Origin: an uncultured Thermoplasmatales archaeon
Lineage (GTDB): Archaea; Thermoplasmatota; SW-10-69-26
Length of the DNA: 64,000 nucleotides
Direction: 5' to 3'
NCBI GenBank assembly: GCA_964581775.1
Contig: CAZOQA010000002.1
Coordinates: 85,125-149,124 of the forward strand
Under the pieces are notes generated by a model that ran no database searches, had not been told where the DNA came from, and saw nothing but the letters and a program-made list of their open reading frames with translations. This document shows, piece by piece, positions 1 through 9,006 of this stretch. How positions within the stretch are numbered: the first letter of the stretch is position 1; each line of letters begins with the position of its first letter. The translations under genes and the position numbers were made by a program.

Positions 1-24
1 TCAGGGCGCCCCTTATGGGACTCC

Positions 25-891
25 GTGCCCAAGAGCGCGCCCGAGAAGCTCACGGCCGCGATGTGGCCCAAGCCCCGGGACTCCAGCATCAAGGTCGACC
101 TGGACGTGGACGCCGAACCCATCCAGGCCCTCATCCAAGCGGCGTCGAAAGCGGGCCTGCGCGTGACGCCCACAGCCATCGTGGCCAAAGCTGCCGCCCA
201 AGTCCTCGAAGACTACCCGCGTCTGAACCGGGACGTTCGCGGGTGGCGCCTTCGCGACCGGGAGGCGGTCGACGTGTGGGTGACCATGAGCGACGACGAC
301 GGGCGCCTTCTGGGTCGCCGCGTGGAAGGCATGGACGAGCGGGATCTCGTCGACGTCCAGACGGAGATCACCGAGCACGGCGACGCGCACAAGGACGGGA
401 CCTCGTTCACGTCCCGGCTTGTGCACGGCATCGTGCGGTGGACGCCGCTTCCGATTCTGCGCGGCGTCGTGCGCTCGCTGGAGTTCATCTTGCACACGCT
501 TCGCGTCCCGATCGGTCTTCTCGGCATCGACCGTGAGGGCTTCGGCGCGGTGCACGTCACGAACGTGGGCCCGTTCGGGATCAGGCACGTCTCGGCGCCG
601 ATCCCTCCCATCACGGGCCAGTCGTTCCTCCTGGTCGTCGGGAGGACGCACGAGAAGCCCGTCGTGCGGGACGGGGAGGTCGTGCCGGGAACGGTGCTCC
701 CGTTGACGGCGACGTTGGATCACAGGGTCGTGGTCGGCGTGGAGGCCGGCCGGTGGGCCACGCGCTTCGAGGAGGTCCTGACGGACCCCGCGTGGCTCGT
801 CGAGCAGATGCCCGAGGAGGACCGGGGATCCATCCGGGCCTCCATGGACGCGCTGCTTGAGGGGTCGCGAACCGTGGAGCGCATCCGGTAG
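25..891 (+). CDS. 2-oxoacid dehydrogenase E2-type acyltransferase catalytic-domain protein (possibly 5'-partial)
   Basis: 288-aa ORF with GTG start. The frame stays open to nt 1, so the gene may begin upstream of the window. 'TLDHRVVVGVEAG' fits the DHRxxDG active-site motif of E2 catalytic domains. No lipoyl domain in the visible part. Confidence 0.65.
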   Translation: MPKSAPEKLTAAMWPKPRDSSIKVDLDVDAEPIQALIQAASKAGLRVTPTAIVAKAAAQVLEDYPRLNRDVRGWRLRDREAVDVWVTMSDDDGRLLGRRVEGMDERDLVDVQTEITEHGDAHKDGTSFTSRLVHGIVRWTPLPILRGVVRSLEFILHTLRVPIGLLGIDREGFGAVHVTNVGPFGIRHVSAPIPPITGQSFLLVVGRTHEKPVVRDGEVVPGTVLPLTATLDHRVVVGVEAGRWATRFEEVLTDPAWLVEQMPEEDRGSIRASMDALLEGSRTVERIR

Positions 892-893
892 GC

Positions 894-2339
894 TTACCCG
901 GTCGCGAGGAACCCGATCGCGTCCTCGTCCAGGGGCACGCGGTTGCGCTTGGGCACGTAACAAGGCAGCTGCGTCCCGAAGGGCCTTGCGCACCCGATCG
1001 GCTCCCCCTGGCACGTGACCACGGCGAACCGCTCTGGAACATCGTGGCCCATCCCAAGCTCCACGCTCTGGCCCGAAAGCCACGCTCGCGCCTGCTCGGC
1101 GTCCAGCTCGATTACGGCCTCCGCCTGGCCGCCTATCAGCGTGGCGGCCTCGAAGGACAACCGGGCGCCCTGAGGCTCGGGCGTGGCCACGTACAGGCCC
1201 GCGCGCTCGGGCATCAACCGCATCGCCTCCTCCCGGCTGGGCCCCGTGTACCCGTACGCGCGGCTGGACGTCTCGAAGCCCCGCATCGCCCCCAAGAGAG
1301 GATGCTCGATGCCGTACGCCTCGCGCACCTGCTCAAGGGTCTCGTCCGCGCCCGGAGCCACGTTCGCCTGCCGGGGCTGAGGGTCCCGGCCGTCAGGGAA
1401 CGGCGCCTCCTCGAGCTTGCGGAACCGGGCCACGAAGAAGCTCTCCGAGCCCGTCTCGTCCGCGAACACCAAGCACGCCTCCTCCACGCCCGAGTGGTAC
1501 GCCTCCCCTGCCACCCTCGCGCGTCCCTCCTGCCCGATGCCCGGGTCGAAGGGCTCGATCTCCACCGGGAACTCCTCCAAGAACCAGGACGCCACGGCCT
1601 CGTTCTCCCGCGGCTCGATCGTGCACGTCGCGTACACGATCACGCCCCCCTCGGGCACCGCGTGGAACGCGCTTTTCAGAAGCGATCGCTGCGTGCCCGC
1701 CATCTGGCGGACGTTCTCTCCGCTGAAATGCTTCACGGGCGCCCAGCTCTCGTGGATGGATCCCAACGTGCTGCACGGCGCATCCACAAGCACCTTGTCG
1801 AAGCTCACGGGCCACGCAAGACGGCACCCGTCTAGCTGCGTGGCGATCGCGTTGGGGACGCCCGCCTGGTCCAGGTTCGAGATCATGTTGTTCACGCGGC
1901 CCGGGTGCAGGTCGTTGGCGACGACGAGGCCGTCCCCCTGCAAGCGTTCCGCGATGTGCGTGGCCTTGCCCCCCGGCGCGGCCGCGATGTCCAGCACGCG
2001 GTCCCCCGGCTCGGGGTCCAGCGCCATCACGGGCAACGTGCTGGTGGGGGCCTGCACGAAGACGTGGCCTGCCTGGTGTTCGTACACGTTGCCCAGGCTG
2101 ACTCCGTCCTCCGTCTCGTGCACCCGGAACGCGGTCGGGCACCAGGGCACGGGCTCCAGCTGGAAGCCCAGCGCCTCGAACCGGGCCCGCATCGTCTCGG
2201 GCGTCGCCTTCAAGCGGTTCACGCGGATCGAGCGCTGCGTCTGGACCGACAGGAGCTCGTCCAAGCGCTGGCGAGACCCGAGGATCTCGACGAGGCGGTC
2301 CACGAACCCGCGGGGAAGCTCGTCCACGCGTCCCGTCAC
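894..2339 (-). CDS. NOL1/NOP2/Sun-family RNA (cytosine-C5)-methyltransferase with C-terminal PUA-like domain
   Basis: 481-aa ORF. 'DIAAAPGGKATH' (SAM site), 'VDAPCSTLG' (motif IV Pro-Cys), 'YATCTIEPRENE' (motif VI Thr-Cys), followed by an extra ~130-aa C-terminal domain. An alternative GTG start at 2327 is possible. Confidence 0.85.
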   Translation of the reverse strand: MTGRVDELPRGFVDRLVEILGSRQRLDELLSVQTQRSIRVNRLKATPETMRARFEALGFQLEPVPWCPTAFRVHETEDGVSLGNVYEHQAGHVFVQAPTSTLPVMALDPEPGDRVLDIAAAPGGKATHIAERLQGDGLVVANDLHPGRVNNMISNLDQAGVPNAIATQLDGCRLAWPVSFDKVLVDAPCSTLGSIHESWAPVKHFSGENVRQMAGTQRSLLKSAFHAVPEGGVIVYATCTIEPRENEAVASWFLEEFPVEIEPFDPGIGQEGRARVAGEAYHSGVEEACLVFADETGSESFFVARFRKLEEAPFPDGRDPQPRQANVAPGADETLEQVREAYGIEHPLLGAMRGFETSSRAYGYTGPSREEAMRLMPERAGLYVATPEPQGARLSFEAATLIGGQAEAVIELDAEQARAWLSGQSVELGMGHDVPERFAVVTCQGEPIGCARPFGTQLPCYVPKRNRVPLDEDAIGFLATG

Positions 2340-2366
2340 CGCTGGCTTGCTTAAAGCATCGGGGGG

Positions 2367-3506
2367 CTACGATGGGGCGCGGTCGACGAGCGCGTCCTCG
2401 CCTTCGTCCACGAGCCGTTGAACGGCGTCCGGGTCGACGGGCCGTCCTTGCGCGGCGTCGAGGTTCTGGGCGACGTGCTCGGGCGTGCCCATGCCGACCA
2501 GCGCGGTCGTCACGCCGGGGGCCGATCGGGCGAACTGGAGGATCGCTTCGAGGTCGGTGTCGACGCCGAGGGCGTCCTTGACGGGATCGGGCACGTTGCC
2601 CAGGAGGCGCCCTTGCAGCATGCTTGCGCTTGCGAGGACGCGAAGCTCGGCGTCGCGTGCGGCCTCGAGCAGGGGCACGCGCTCGCCGTGCCAGGGTTGC
2701 GTGGGCGTGCTGAGGGCTTCGGGCATGGCGAGGTTGAACGGGAGCTGGACCCCGCGGAACCCGTGCTCTCCGGTCCCGCCGGCGTCCTCGTGAGCCTTCC
2801 TGGCTGCGTCCATGAGGCGCTCGAGGCTCAGGTGGTCGGGCTGGTGGGGCGGCACGCGCAGCCCGTCCCAGGTGGCGACGCCGTATCCGCGCACGCGTCC
2901 TTGATCGCGTTGGGTCTCGAGGAACGTGAACGCGTCCGTCAACCGCTGGTAGACCGTGTCCTCGTCGATGCCGGCGGCCAGCTGCGTCTCGGGGTTGTGC
3001 ACCAGGTATAGGTCGATCGTGTCGACGCCGAGGTTCTCGAGGCTTTGATCGAGTTCGTGCTCGAGGAAGGCGGGCGTCATCGCGTGCGACCCGCCGGCCA
3101 CGTCGTCGACCTCTAGGAGCCCTTCGTCGACGTACACGTCGCGCACGACCTGGCGCACGGACGCGTTCCGGTCGACGTCCCCGTGCAGGAACCCGCCTTT
3201 CGTGACCACGAACGCGCCGTCCCGGTTCCCGGCCGCGTCCAGGGCTTGCCCGACGTCGCGCTCGCTGGCTTGGTTGCGGTAGTTCGAGGCGGTGTCGACG
3301 ACCGTGATGCCTTCGTCGAGCGCCTGCTGGATGGAGGCTTGGTAGGCCTCGCGGTCCTCGGGGCCCGTGTCCCCGAGGTAGGTGCCGATGCCGAGGGTGG
3401 ACAGCATCAGCCCGTGGCTGTCCCGGTAGAAGGCGTCCCCCAGGGATCCATCGTTGGCCCGCTTGCGCGTGCCTTTGTCCGTGGCGTGACCGCGAGCGGT
3501 GCGCAT
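2367..3506 (-). CDS. aldo/keto reductase family oxidoreductase
   Basis: ORF 2367-3758 trimmed to ATG 3506, because the upstream 84 codons are Arg/Trp/Pro-rich and not protein-like. The blocks 'LGIGTYLG', 'VVDTASNY' and 'IDLYLVHNP' resemble AKR family signatures. Confidence 0.8.
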   Translation of the reverse strand: MRTARGHATDKGTRKRANDGSLGDAFYRDSHGLMLSTLGIGTYLGDTGPEDREAYQASIQQALDEGITVVDTASNYRNQASERDVGQALDAAGNRDGAFVVTKGGFLHGDVDRNASVRQVVRDVYVDEGLLEVDDVAGGSHAMTPAFLEHELDQSLENLGVDTIDLYLVHNPETQLAAGIDEDTVYQRLTDAFTFLETQRDQGRVRGYGVATWDGLRVPPHQPDHLSLERLMDAARKAHEDAGGTGEHGFRGVQLPFNLAMPEALSTPTQPWHGERVPLLEAARDAELRVLASASMLQGRLLGNVPDPVKDALGVDTDLEAILQFARSAPGVTTALVGMGTPEHVAQNLDAAQGRPVDPDAVQRLVDEGEDALVDRAPS

Positions 3507-3920
3507 CGTAGGTTCAACCGCGCGGAAGGGGGTAAGCGTTTGCCCTTCCGGAGGCTGGCGGTGGAAGAGAAGCGGGCTGACCAGGCGTGAAGGGGTGTGC
3601 GCCGCTTGCCCGGCCAGCCCGGTCCTCATCGGCCAAGCTGGTCGACAGCGGCACGGTGCCCGGTCCAGGATCAAAGACCAGCGGGTGAAGGGGACCGCCC
3701 GGATGCTCCAATCGGACGAGGCGTCCCGTGCCTGTGCTCGCCAACGAACACCTTGCACATAAGATTGCCGCGAAACGGTCTCCCAAGCCCGACTGAGGTG
3801 CTCACGCTGGCCCCACCGGCCTCGGTTTCATGACGCATCCACTTGCCTTATACCCCGCCAAGGGGGTCCTCGGGTCCACCCCGGTGGGGCCCCTCGACCC
3901 TGTACCTTCCCCTTGCCTTC

Positions 3921-4045
3921 CAGAAAGGGGCCCCTCGGGGCGATCCGCCCGGGATCCATGCTGGGTTCGACCAGGCGGGGGCCTCCCCCCCGAACTCCCT
4001 CGCTTCCCCGTGCCTCCGCGAGCCCGGGCGGATCCCCCTTTCCCC
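3921..4045. other. nested inverted-repeat element (candidate structured RNA) inside a 738-nt gene-free spacer
   Basis: Perfect 12-bp arms: GATCCGCCCGGG 3942-3953 pairs with CCCGGGCGGATC 4023-4034. Outer 8-bp arms: GAAAGGGG 3923-3930 pairs with CCCCTTTC 4035-4042. Inner hairpins are GGGTTCG/CGAAC(t)CCC and GGGGG-cct-CCCCC. Strand unknown. Confidence 0.35.
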
Positions 4046-4244
4046 GCGCAGGGTTCATCACGCACCCAAGCGTTGGACCGAGGAGGCCATCAGCATCGAG
4101 CAGCCCCGCCAGCACCACGCCCGCCAACGCGCGGCCCGGTCGCGCCAGGACCGAACGCGGGACCCGGGAGAGCGCGTGCTGAGGGCTTACCGGTTGTTCT
4201 GCCTGTGGCGCAACACCCCGCAGGCAGGCCTCGAGGTCGATTCC

Positions 4245-4772
4245 ATGCGAGAGCTCGACGACGTCACCACGGACCTCACGTCCCGCTTCGAGGCGCACGG
4301 CGTCCCCTTCGTCGTGGGCGGCGCGTTCGCCCTGGCCGCGCGCGGCACGCCCCGGTTCACGTACAACCTCGACCTGATGATCCTGGCCCCCCTCCAGCGG
4401 GCCCGCGAGGCCCTCGAGGACCCGCGGTACGAGGAGATCGGGCCCGTCACGTACCGGGAGACCACCACGGACCTGTACCTGGACCTGCACCCGGTCGAGG
4501 ACGCCGCGCAGCGGTGGGCCGCCGACCAGGCCGAGACCGTGGACGTGCTCGGAGAAAGCGTGCCCGTTCTCACGGCCGAGGGCTTGGCGCTGATGCTTCT
4601 TCGCGAGGCCTCCCAGGGGGAAAAGGGGGCTCGCCCGCTTCGCCTGCGCGACGTCGAGCTTTTGGCCCGGGAACCAGGCCTCGACTGGGAGACGATCCTG
4701 GGCCTGGTCCGACAGATGGGCTACGAGGAGGCCTACAAGGACGTGCACGCGCCCGGGAAGCCGCCGGGTTGA
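4245..4772 (+). CDS. minimal nucleotidyltransferase-fold protein (hypothetical)
   Basis: ORF 3843-4772 trimmed to ATG 4245; the upstream part is Pro/Arg-rich junk. 'VVGGAFALAARGTPRFTYNLDLMI' fits the GG-x(n)-DxD pattern of Pol-beta-type nucleotidyltransferases. No HEPN partner nearby. Confidence 0.5.
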   Translation: MRELDDVTTDLTSRFEAHGVPFVVGGAFALAARGTPRFTYNLDLMILAPLQRAREALEDPRYEEIGPVTYRETTTDLYLDLHPVEDAAQRWAADQAETVDVLGESVPVLTAEGLALMLLREASQGEKGARPLRLRDVELLAREPGLDWETILGLVRQMGYEEAYKDVHAPGKPPG

Positions 4773-6674
4773 CTACTCGCTGGGGAACAACTCCGCGACC
4801 TCGTCCTCGTACTGATCCTCGACGATGCGGCGCTTGATCTTGAGCGTCGGCGTCAGCTCGTTGCCGACCTCCCACTGGTCCGGGACCACCTTGTACTTCT
4901 TGACCTGCTCGTGACGGGGAAGCGAGGCGTTGGCGCGCTCGACGGCCTCCTCGAACATGGCCTGGACCTCCTTGTCGTTAACGATCTTCCTCAGCGTGGA
5001 CCGCGGCGGGTCCTCCGGCACGTCGAGCCCCGTCGAGGACGCGATGCCCTCCGGGTCCGGCGTCAAGATCGCGGCCACGTACTTCCTCCCCTCTCCGAGG
5101 ACCAGCACCTGATCGACCACGTCGGACCGCTTGAGCTGACGCGACACGTTCTCGGGCGCCACGTACTTCCCGTACGCCGTCTTGAAGAGCTCCTTCTTGC
5201 GGTCCGTGATCTCCAAGTAGCCGTCCTCGTCGAGCTGACCCACATCGCCCGTTCTGAACCATCCGTCCTCGAGGGCTTTCTCGGTCTTCTCGGGGAGCTC
5301 CCAGTACCCCTGCGTCACGTTGGGGCCCTTGGCGAGGATCTCCCCCTCGCCCTCGGGACCGTCCCACCCCTCCTCGTCGATCCGAAGCTGGACCCTCGGG
5401 AGGGCTTGCCCCACGGTGCCCAAGCGGAGCTTGCCGGGACGGTTCACGGTCAAGACGGGGCTGGTCTCCGTCAACCCGTACCCCTCGTAGACGCTGACCC
5501 CCAGCGACCAGAAGAACCGAGCCACCTCCGGGTCCAGCGCGGCCGCGCCTGACGCGGCCAGACGAAGCTCGTCCAACCCCGCGCGGGCCCGAATCTTCCG
5601 AAGAAGGCGCTCCGCGAGGCCGTGCTTGAAGCCCAGCCATCCATCGGGGTCGCCCCCTTCTTCCAACCGGTGCTCGAGGACCTGCTCGCCCACGCCGATG
5701 GCTTTGTTGACGAGCGTTGCCTTCAGGCCCGTGGCCTCCTCGAGGGCCGTGCGGAATCGCTGGCCCATCTTCTCCCACAACCGGGGGACCGCGATCATGA
5801 GGTTGGGCCGGCACGCCTTGAGGTCCTCCCCGATCGTGTCGATCGAGCGCGCGTACCAGACGTCCATGCCGCTCCCGTACGTGCAAAGGTGCCCCACGGT
5901 GCGCTCGAAGCTGTGTGCCAGAGGCAAAAAGGACAGGAACCGCTCGCCCGAGTAGTAGGGCACGCACTCAAGGATGCTGTCCACGTTGGACCTCAGGTTC
6001 CCGTGCGTGAGGATCACGCCCTTGGGGGCGCCCGTCGTCCCCGACGTGTAGATCAACGTCGCAAGATCGTCCGGTCCGACGGCTTGCCAGCGGTCCCGGA
6101 AGGCCCCGGGGCCCCCTCCCTCGCCCACGAGGGATTGTCCCTCCTCGAAGAGGTTACGTAGGGGGAAGACGGCGTCCACGTTGCCCGCGGCGGCGCCGTG
6201 CGCGGAGTTCTGGCCATCGTCCATGCGCACGATGGTCTCCAGCGAGGCCACGTCCTTCGCGGCGGCTTGCACCTTCTCGTAGAGCTCCTTGTCGCCGACG
6301 ATGGCTACATCGGTCCCGGCATCGTCCATGATGTAGGCCATCTGGTCGGGGGGAAGCTGCGGGTACACGGTCACGGTGACGGCGCCGGCGTGGAGGATGG
6401 CGAAGTCCGCGATGGCCCACTCGGGCCGGTTGTGGCCCACGACGGCGACGCGGTCCCCCGCCTCGACGCCGAGGCTTTGAAGGCCCAGGCTGACCTCTTG
6501 CACGGCGCGGCCCAGCTGCGCGTACGTGCGCGAGCCCCAGGCCTCCCCGTTCATGAGAGCCTCCTCGCTCGGGTCCTCGTCTTTCACCCAGCGCTGAGCC
6601 GCTCGAGGACCGTGCTCCTCGACCGATCGCTGGAACATCGCGCAAAGCGTCCCGGTCTCCTGCACCTCGTTCAT
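4773..6674 (-). CDS. long-chain fatty acid--CoA ligase (AMP-forming acyl-CoA synthetase)
   Basis: 633-aa ORF. AMP-binding signature 'YTSGTTGAPKGV', 'GYGLTETS', and 'TGDVGQLDEDGYLEITDRKKELFK', typical of the ANL superfamily. Confidence 0.9.
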   Translation of the reverse strand: MNEVQETGTLCAMFQRSVEEHGPRAAQRWVKDEDPSEEALMNGEAWGSRTYAQLGRAVQEVSLGLQSLGVEAGDRVAVVGHNRPEWAIADFAILHAGAVTVTVYPQLPPDQMAYIMDDAGTDVAIVGDKELYEKVQAAAKDVASLETIVRMDDGQNSAHGAAAGNVDAVFPLRNLFEEGQSLVGEGGGPGAFRDRWQAVGPDDLATLIYTSGTTGAPKGVILTHGNLRSNVDSILECVPYYSGERFLSFLPLAHSFERTVGHLCTYGSGMDVWYARSIDTIGEDLKACRPNLMIAVPRLWEKMGQRFRTALEEATGLKATLVNKAIGVGEQVLEHRLEEGGDPDGWLGFKHGLAERLLRKIRARAGLDELRLAASGAAALDPEVARFFWSLGVSVYEGYGLTETSPVLTVNRPGKLRLGTVGQALPRVQLRIDEEGWDGPEGEGEILAKGPNVTQGYWELPEKTEKALEDGWFRTGDVGQLDEDGYLEITDRKKELFKTAYGKYVAPENVSRQLKRSDVVDQVLVLGEGRKYVAAILTPDPEGIASSTGLDVPEDPPRSTLRKIVNDKEVQAMFEEAVERANASLPRHEQVKKYKVVPDQWEVGNELTPTLKIKRRIVEDQYEDEVAELFPSE

Positions 6675-6809
6675 AGGGACATGCTAGGAAGAGGCGTACG
6701 ATGGCTTAAGCGTACGGCCTCGCTCCTGGCGCACCCGAGGCGGACCTCCCTGGGGGGAGGAGGCGCTCCGAACGGTTCAAGACCCCGCCCTTTGTTGCCC
6801 GCGGACAGG

Positions 6810-6926
6810 ATGCACGGGCAGCGGGTCGAGGCGTGTTGGCGGTGCGGGCTAGGGTTCCGGACGGCTGTGACGCGCTGCGAGAAGGTATGCCCGAACTGCG
6901 GATGGCGTGCCAGCTGTCACGACTGA
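6810..6926 (+). CDS. possible 38-aa zinc-ribbon mini-protein
   Basis: 'MHGQRVEACWRCGLGFRTAVTRCEKVCPNCGWRASCHD' carries CxxC...CxxC. It overlaps the upstream candidate starts of the methyltransferase in another frame. Very short, so weak. Confidence 0.3.
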   Translation: MHGQRVEACWRCGLGFRTAVTRCEKVCPNCGWRASCHD

Positions 6927-8050
6927 CCGCCCGGGACCGGTTGCTTGATAACGCGATCCCTGCTTGGGGACTCGTGCGGACCGAGCACCGGATCGTGCAC
7001 GGCGATGCTCGCCGGTTGGCCTCGGTGGAGAAGGAAAGCGTCGAACTCGTCGTCACGTCCCCCCCGTACCCGATGGTGGAGATGTGGGACGAGCTCTTCG
7101 CGAGGCTGGAACCCCGCGTCGGCGACGCTTTGCAAGCCGGGGACGCTCAAGCCTCGTTCGAAGCCATGCACCGCGTGCTGGACACGGTCTGGGAGCAGGT
7201 CCAGCGCGTGCTCGGGCCGGGCGGGATCGCGTGCATCAACGTGGGGGATGCGGTGCGACGCATGGACGGGACCTTCCGCGCGTTCCCCAACCACGCGCGC
7301 ATCCTGGACGCGTTCCAGAAGCTGGGCTTCGATCCGCTGCCGGACATCCTGTGGCGCAAGCCCACGAACAGCCCGGCCAAGTTCGTCGGGTCCGGGATGC
7401 TGCCCCCCAGCGCGTACGCGACGCTCGAGCACGAGTACCTGCTCGTGTTCCGCAAGGGCTCGACGCGGCGCTCGTTCGAGCCGAACGCGACGCGCCGCTA
7501 CGAGGCGGCGTTCTTCTGGGAGGAGCGCAACGACTGGTTCTCGGACGTGTGGACGAACGTGCAGGGCACCCTGCAGGCGCTCGACGGGGACGATCAGCTT
7601 CGCGAGCGCTCGGCCGCGTACCCGTTCGAGGTCCCGTACCGGTTGATCAACATGTACTCCGTGTACGGGGACACGGTGCTGGACCCGTTCTGGGGGACAG
7701 GGACCACGACGCTGGCCGCGATGGTCGCGGCTCGCGACTCCGTGGGCGTCGAGCTCGAGGAGGGCTTCATCGAGCGCTTCCACGAGCAGGTCGAACGCGT
7801 CCCGGGGCTCTCTGGCGCGGTGCTCGATGAGCGGTTGGACCGCCACCGCGCGTTCGTCCAGGAGCGACGCGACCAGGGCAAGCCCCCCTCGTACGAGTCC
7901 CAGGCCTACGGGTTCCCCGTCATGACGAAGCAAGAGACTCGTCTCAGGTTGTACGGCAGCGACCAGGTCGAGCGCACCGAGGAGGGCTACCGCGTGATCC
8001 ACCGGCCCGTGTCGACCGAGAAGGCCCTCTCGGCCTCCACGGACGCCTAG
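6902..8050 (+). CDS. beta-class DNA methyltransferase (N4-cytosine/N6-adenine; SPPY type)
   Basis: Motif IV 'VVTSPPYP' lies near the N-terminus and motif I 'VLDPFWGTGTTTLAA' near the C-terminus, which is the beta-class order. Start uncertain (6887, 6902 or GTG 6974). No endonuclease gene adjacent. Confidence 0.85.
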   Translation: MACQLSRLTARDRLLDNAIPAWGLVRTEHRIVHGDARRLASVEKESVELVVTSPPYPMVEMWDELFARLEPRVGDALQAGDAQASFEAMHRVLDTVWEQVQRVLGPGGIACINVGDAVRRMDGTFRAFPNHARILDAFQKLGFDPLPDILWRKPTNSPAKFVGSGMLPPSAYATLEHEYLLVFRKGSTRRSFEPNATRRYEAAFFWEERNDWFSDVWTNVQGTLQALDGDDQLRERSAAYPFEVPYRLINMYSVYGDTVLDPFWGTGTTTLAAMVAARDSVGVELEEGFIERFHEQVERVPGLSGAVLDERLDRHRAFVQERRDQGKPPSYESQAYGFPVMTKQETRLRLYGSDQVERTEEGYRVIHRPVSTEKALSASTDA

Positions 8051-8376
8051 TCTTCGAACTGGAACCCCGGCTCGGGCGGTCGCTCGTCGGGGTCCACGCG
8101 CCCGGCGGCGTGCTCGATGGCGCTGTGCAGCATCACGCGGGCGCTCGTGACGCGCTCGTCCTCGAGGCGCTGGCGAGAGAGCTCGACGCATGCCCAGGCT
8201 TTCTGGGGAAGCGAGTCCTCCTCCACGTTGACCTCCTGGGGGTCCACGCTCCCGGTGGGGTGGGTGCGCATGACGGTGTCAAGGATCGAGCGGCACGCAT
8301 CGAGCCGCTCGCGCTCCAGCGCGTCCAATGCGTCCTCGAGGTCGCTCACGTCCGGAGGGTCCATCGGGCTGGCCAC
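8047..8376 (-). CDS. hypothetical small acidic protein
   Basis: 109-aa ORF. Its stop overlaps the methyltransferase stop (CTAG at 8047-8050). Lies 33 nt downstream of the wHTH gene on the same strand. No recognisable motif. Confidence 0.4.
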   Translation of the reverse strand: MASPMDPPDVSDLEDALDALERERLDACRSILDTVMRTHPTGSVDPQEVNVEEDSLPQKAWACVELSRQRLEDERVTSARVMLHSAIEHAAGRVDPDERPPEPGFQFED

Positions 8377-8409
8377 GGGGGGCCTCCCGTTTGAAGTTGG
8401 CCTCGGATC

Positions 8410-8898
8410 CTACGCGGACTCGACCCAGCCGGCCCCGTCGCGCGTGATCCGCACCTGGTCCTCGTCGGCTTCGATGAGGCCGGCCTCGTCGAGGTACTCG
8501 CGCGTGCGGACCTCACGGTCGCCCTCGAACCCCAGCTCTTCTTGCACCTCGCCCAGGTCGACCTGGACCGCCGTGTCGCCGTCCACGAGCTCGTGCAGGG
8601 TGCGCACGTACGTGCCGCGCTCCTCCCGGCGCTCGTCGACCTCCTCGCTTTGCCCCTCGTCGAGCCGCGTCTCCTCGACGTGATGGATCGCCGGCAGGCG
8701 CAGGCTGAAGGACTCCTTTCCCTCGTCCGCGATCAGGCCCCGGTTGATCAGGTCCCGCCGGACGCTTCGCTTGCGGTCCTCGGAGAGGCCCAAGCGGTCC
8801 TCCACGTCGCGGCGCGAGAAGCTCCGTTGGGGGCTCCCGTCGACCTCGTCGTACGCGAACTCAAGGTACTGGAGGGACGCCTGTTGTGCGTTGGCCAT
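8410..8898 (-). CDS. hypothetical protein with two winged-helix-like repeats
   Basis: ORF 8410-9684 trimmed to ATG 8898 ('MANAQQASLQYLEF'). Two similar segments, '...RRDLINRGLIADEG' and '...REYLDEAGLIEADEDQVRITRDG', suggest tandem wHTH domains. Confidence 0.5.
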   Translation of the reverse strand: MANAQQASLQYLEFAYDEVDGSPQRSFSRRDVEDRLGLSEDRKRSVRRDLINRGLIADEGKESFSLRLPAIHHVEETRLDEGQSEEVDERREERGTYVRTLHELVDGDTAVQVDLGEVQEELGFEGDREVRTREYLDEAGLIEADEDQVRITRDGAGWVESA

Positions 8899-9006
8899 TC
8901 TGCACGACCCCCAGGCGGGGGGTCCGCGATGAACGTTCCGGCCGCGGCCCCGACCTTGCGCATCTCCGCAGGGTTCAAGGCGAGCGTGCCCGTGGCGGGG
9001 GCGAAG

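Noticed and set aside
3507-3758. An N-terminal 84-codon extension of the aldo/keto reductase ORF
   Set aside because: The extension is W/R/P/C-rich with no AKR similarity. The AKR fold starts right after ATG 3506.
3507-4244. RNase P RNA or SRP RNA in the long spacers (GTGAAGGGG resembles CR-II; GGGCTTAC at 4183-4190 resembles CR-V; GCGGAAGGGGGTAAGC at 3523-3538 and CAGGCCGGGCAAC near 10236 resemble SRP helix 8)
   Set aside because: There is no GGAAAGUCC-type CR-I or ACAGAA element and no complementary P4 strands. The motif spacing (more than 650 nt) is too long, and the helix-8-like strings lack a closable GNAR hairpin. Assignment is therefore not supported by eye and needs a covariance-model scan.
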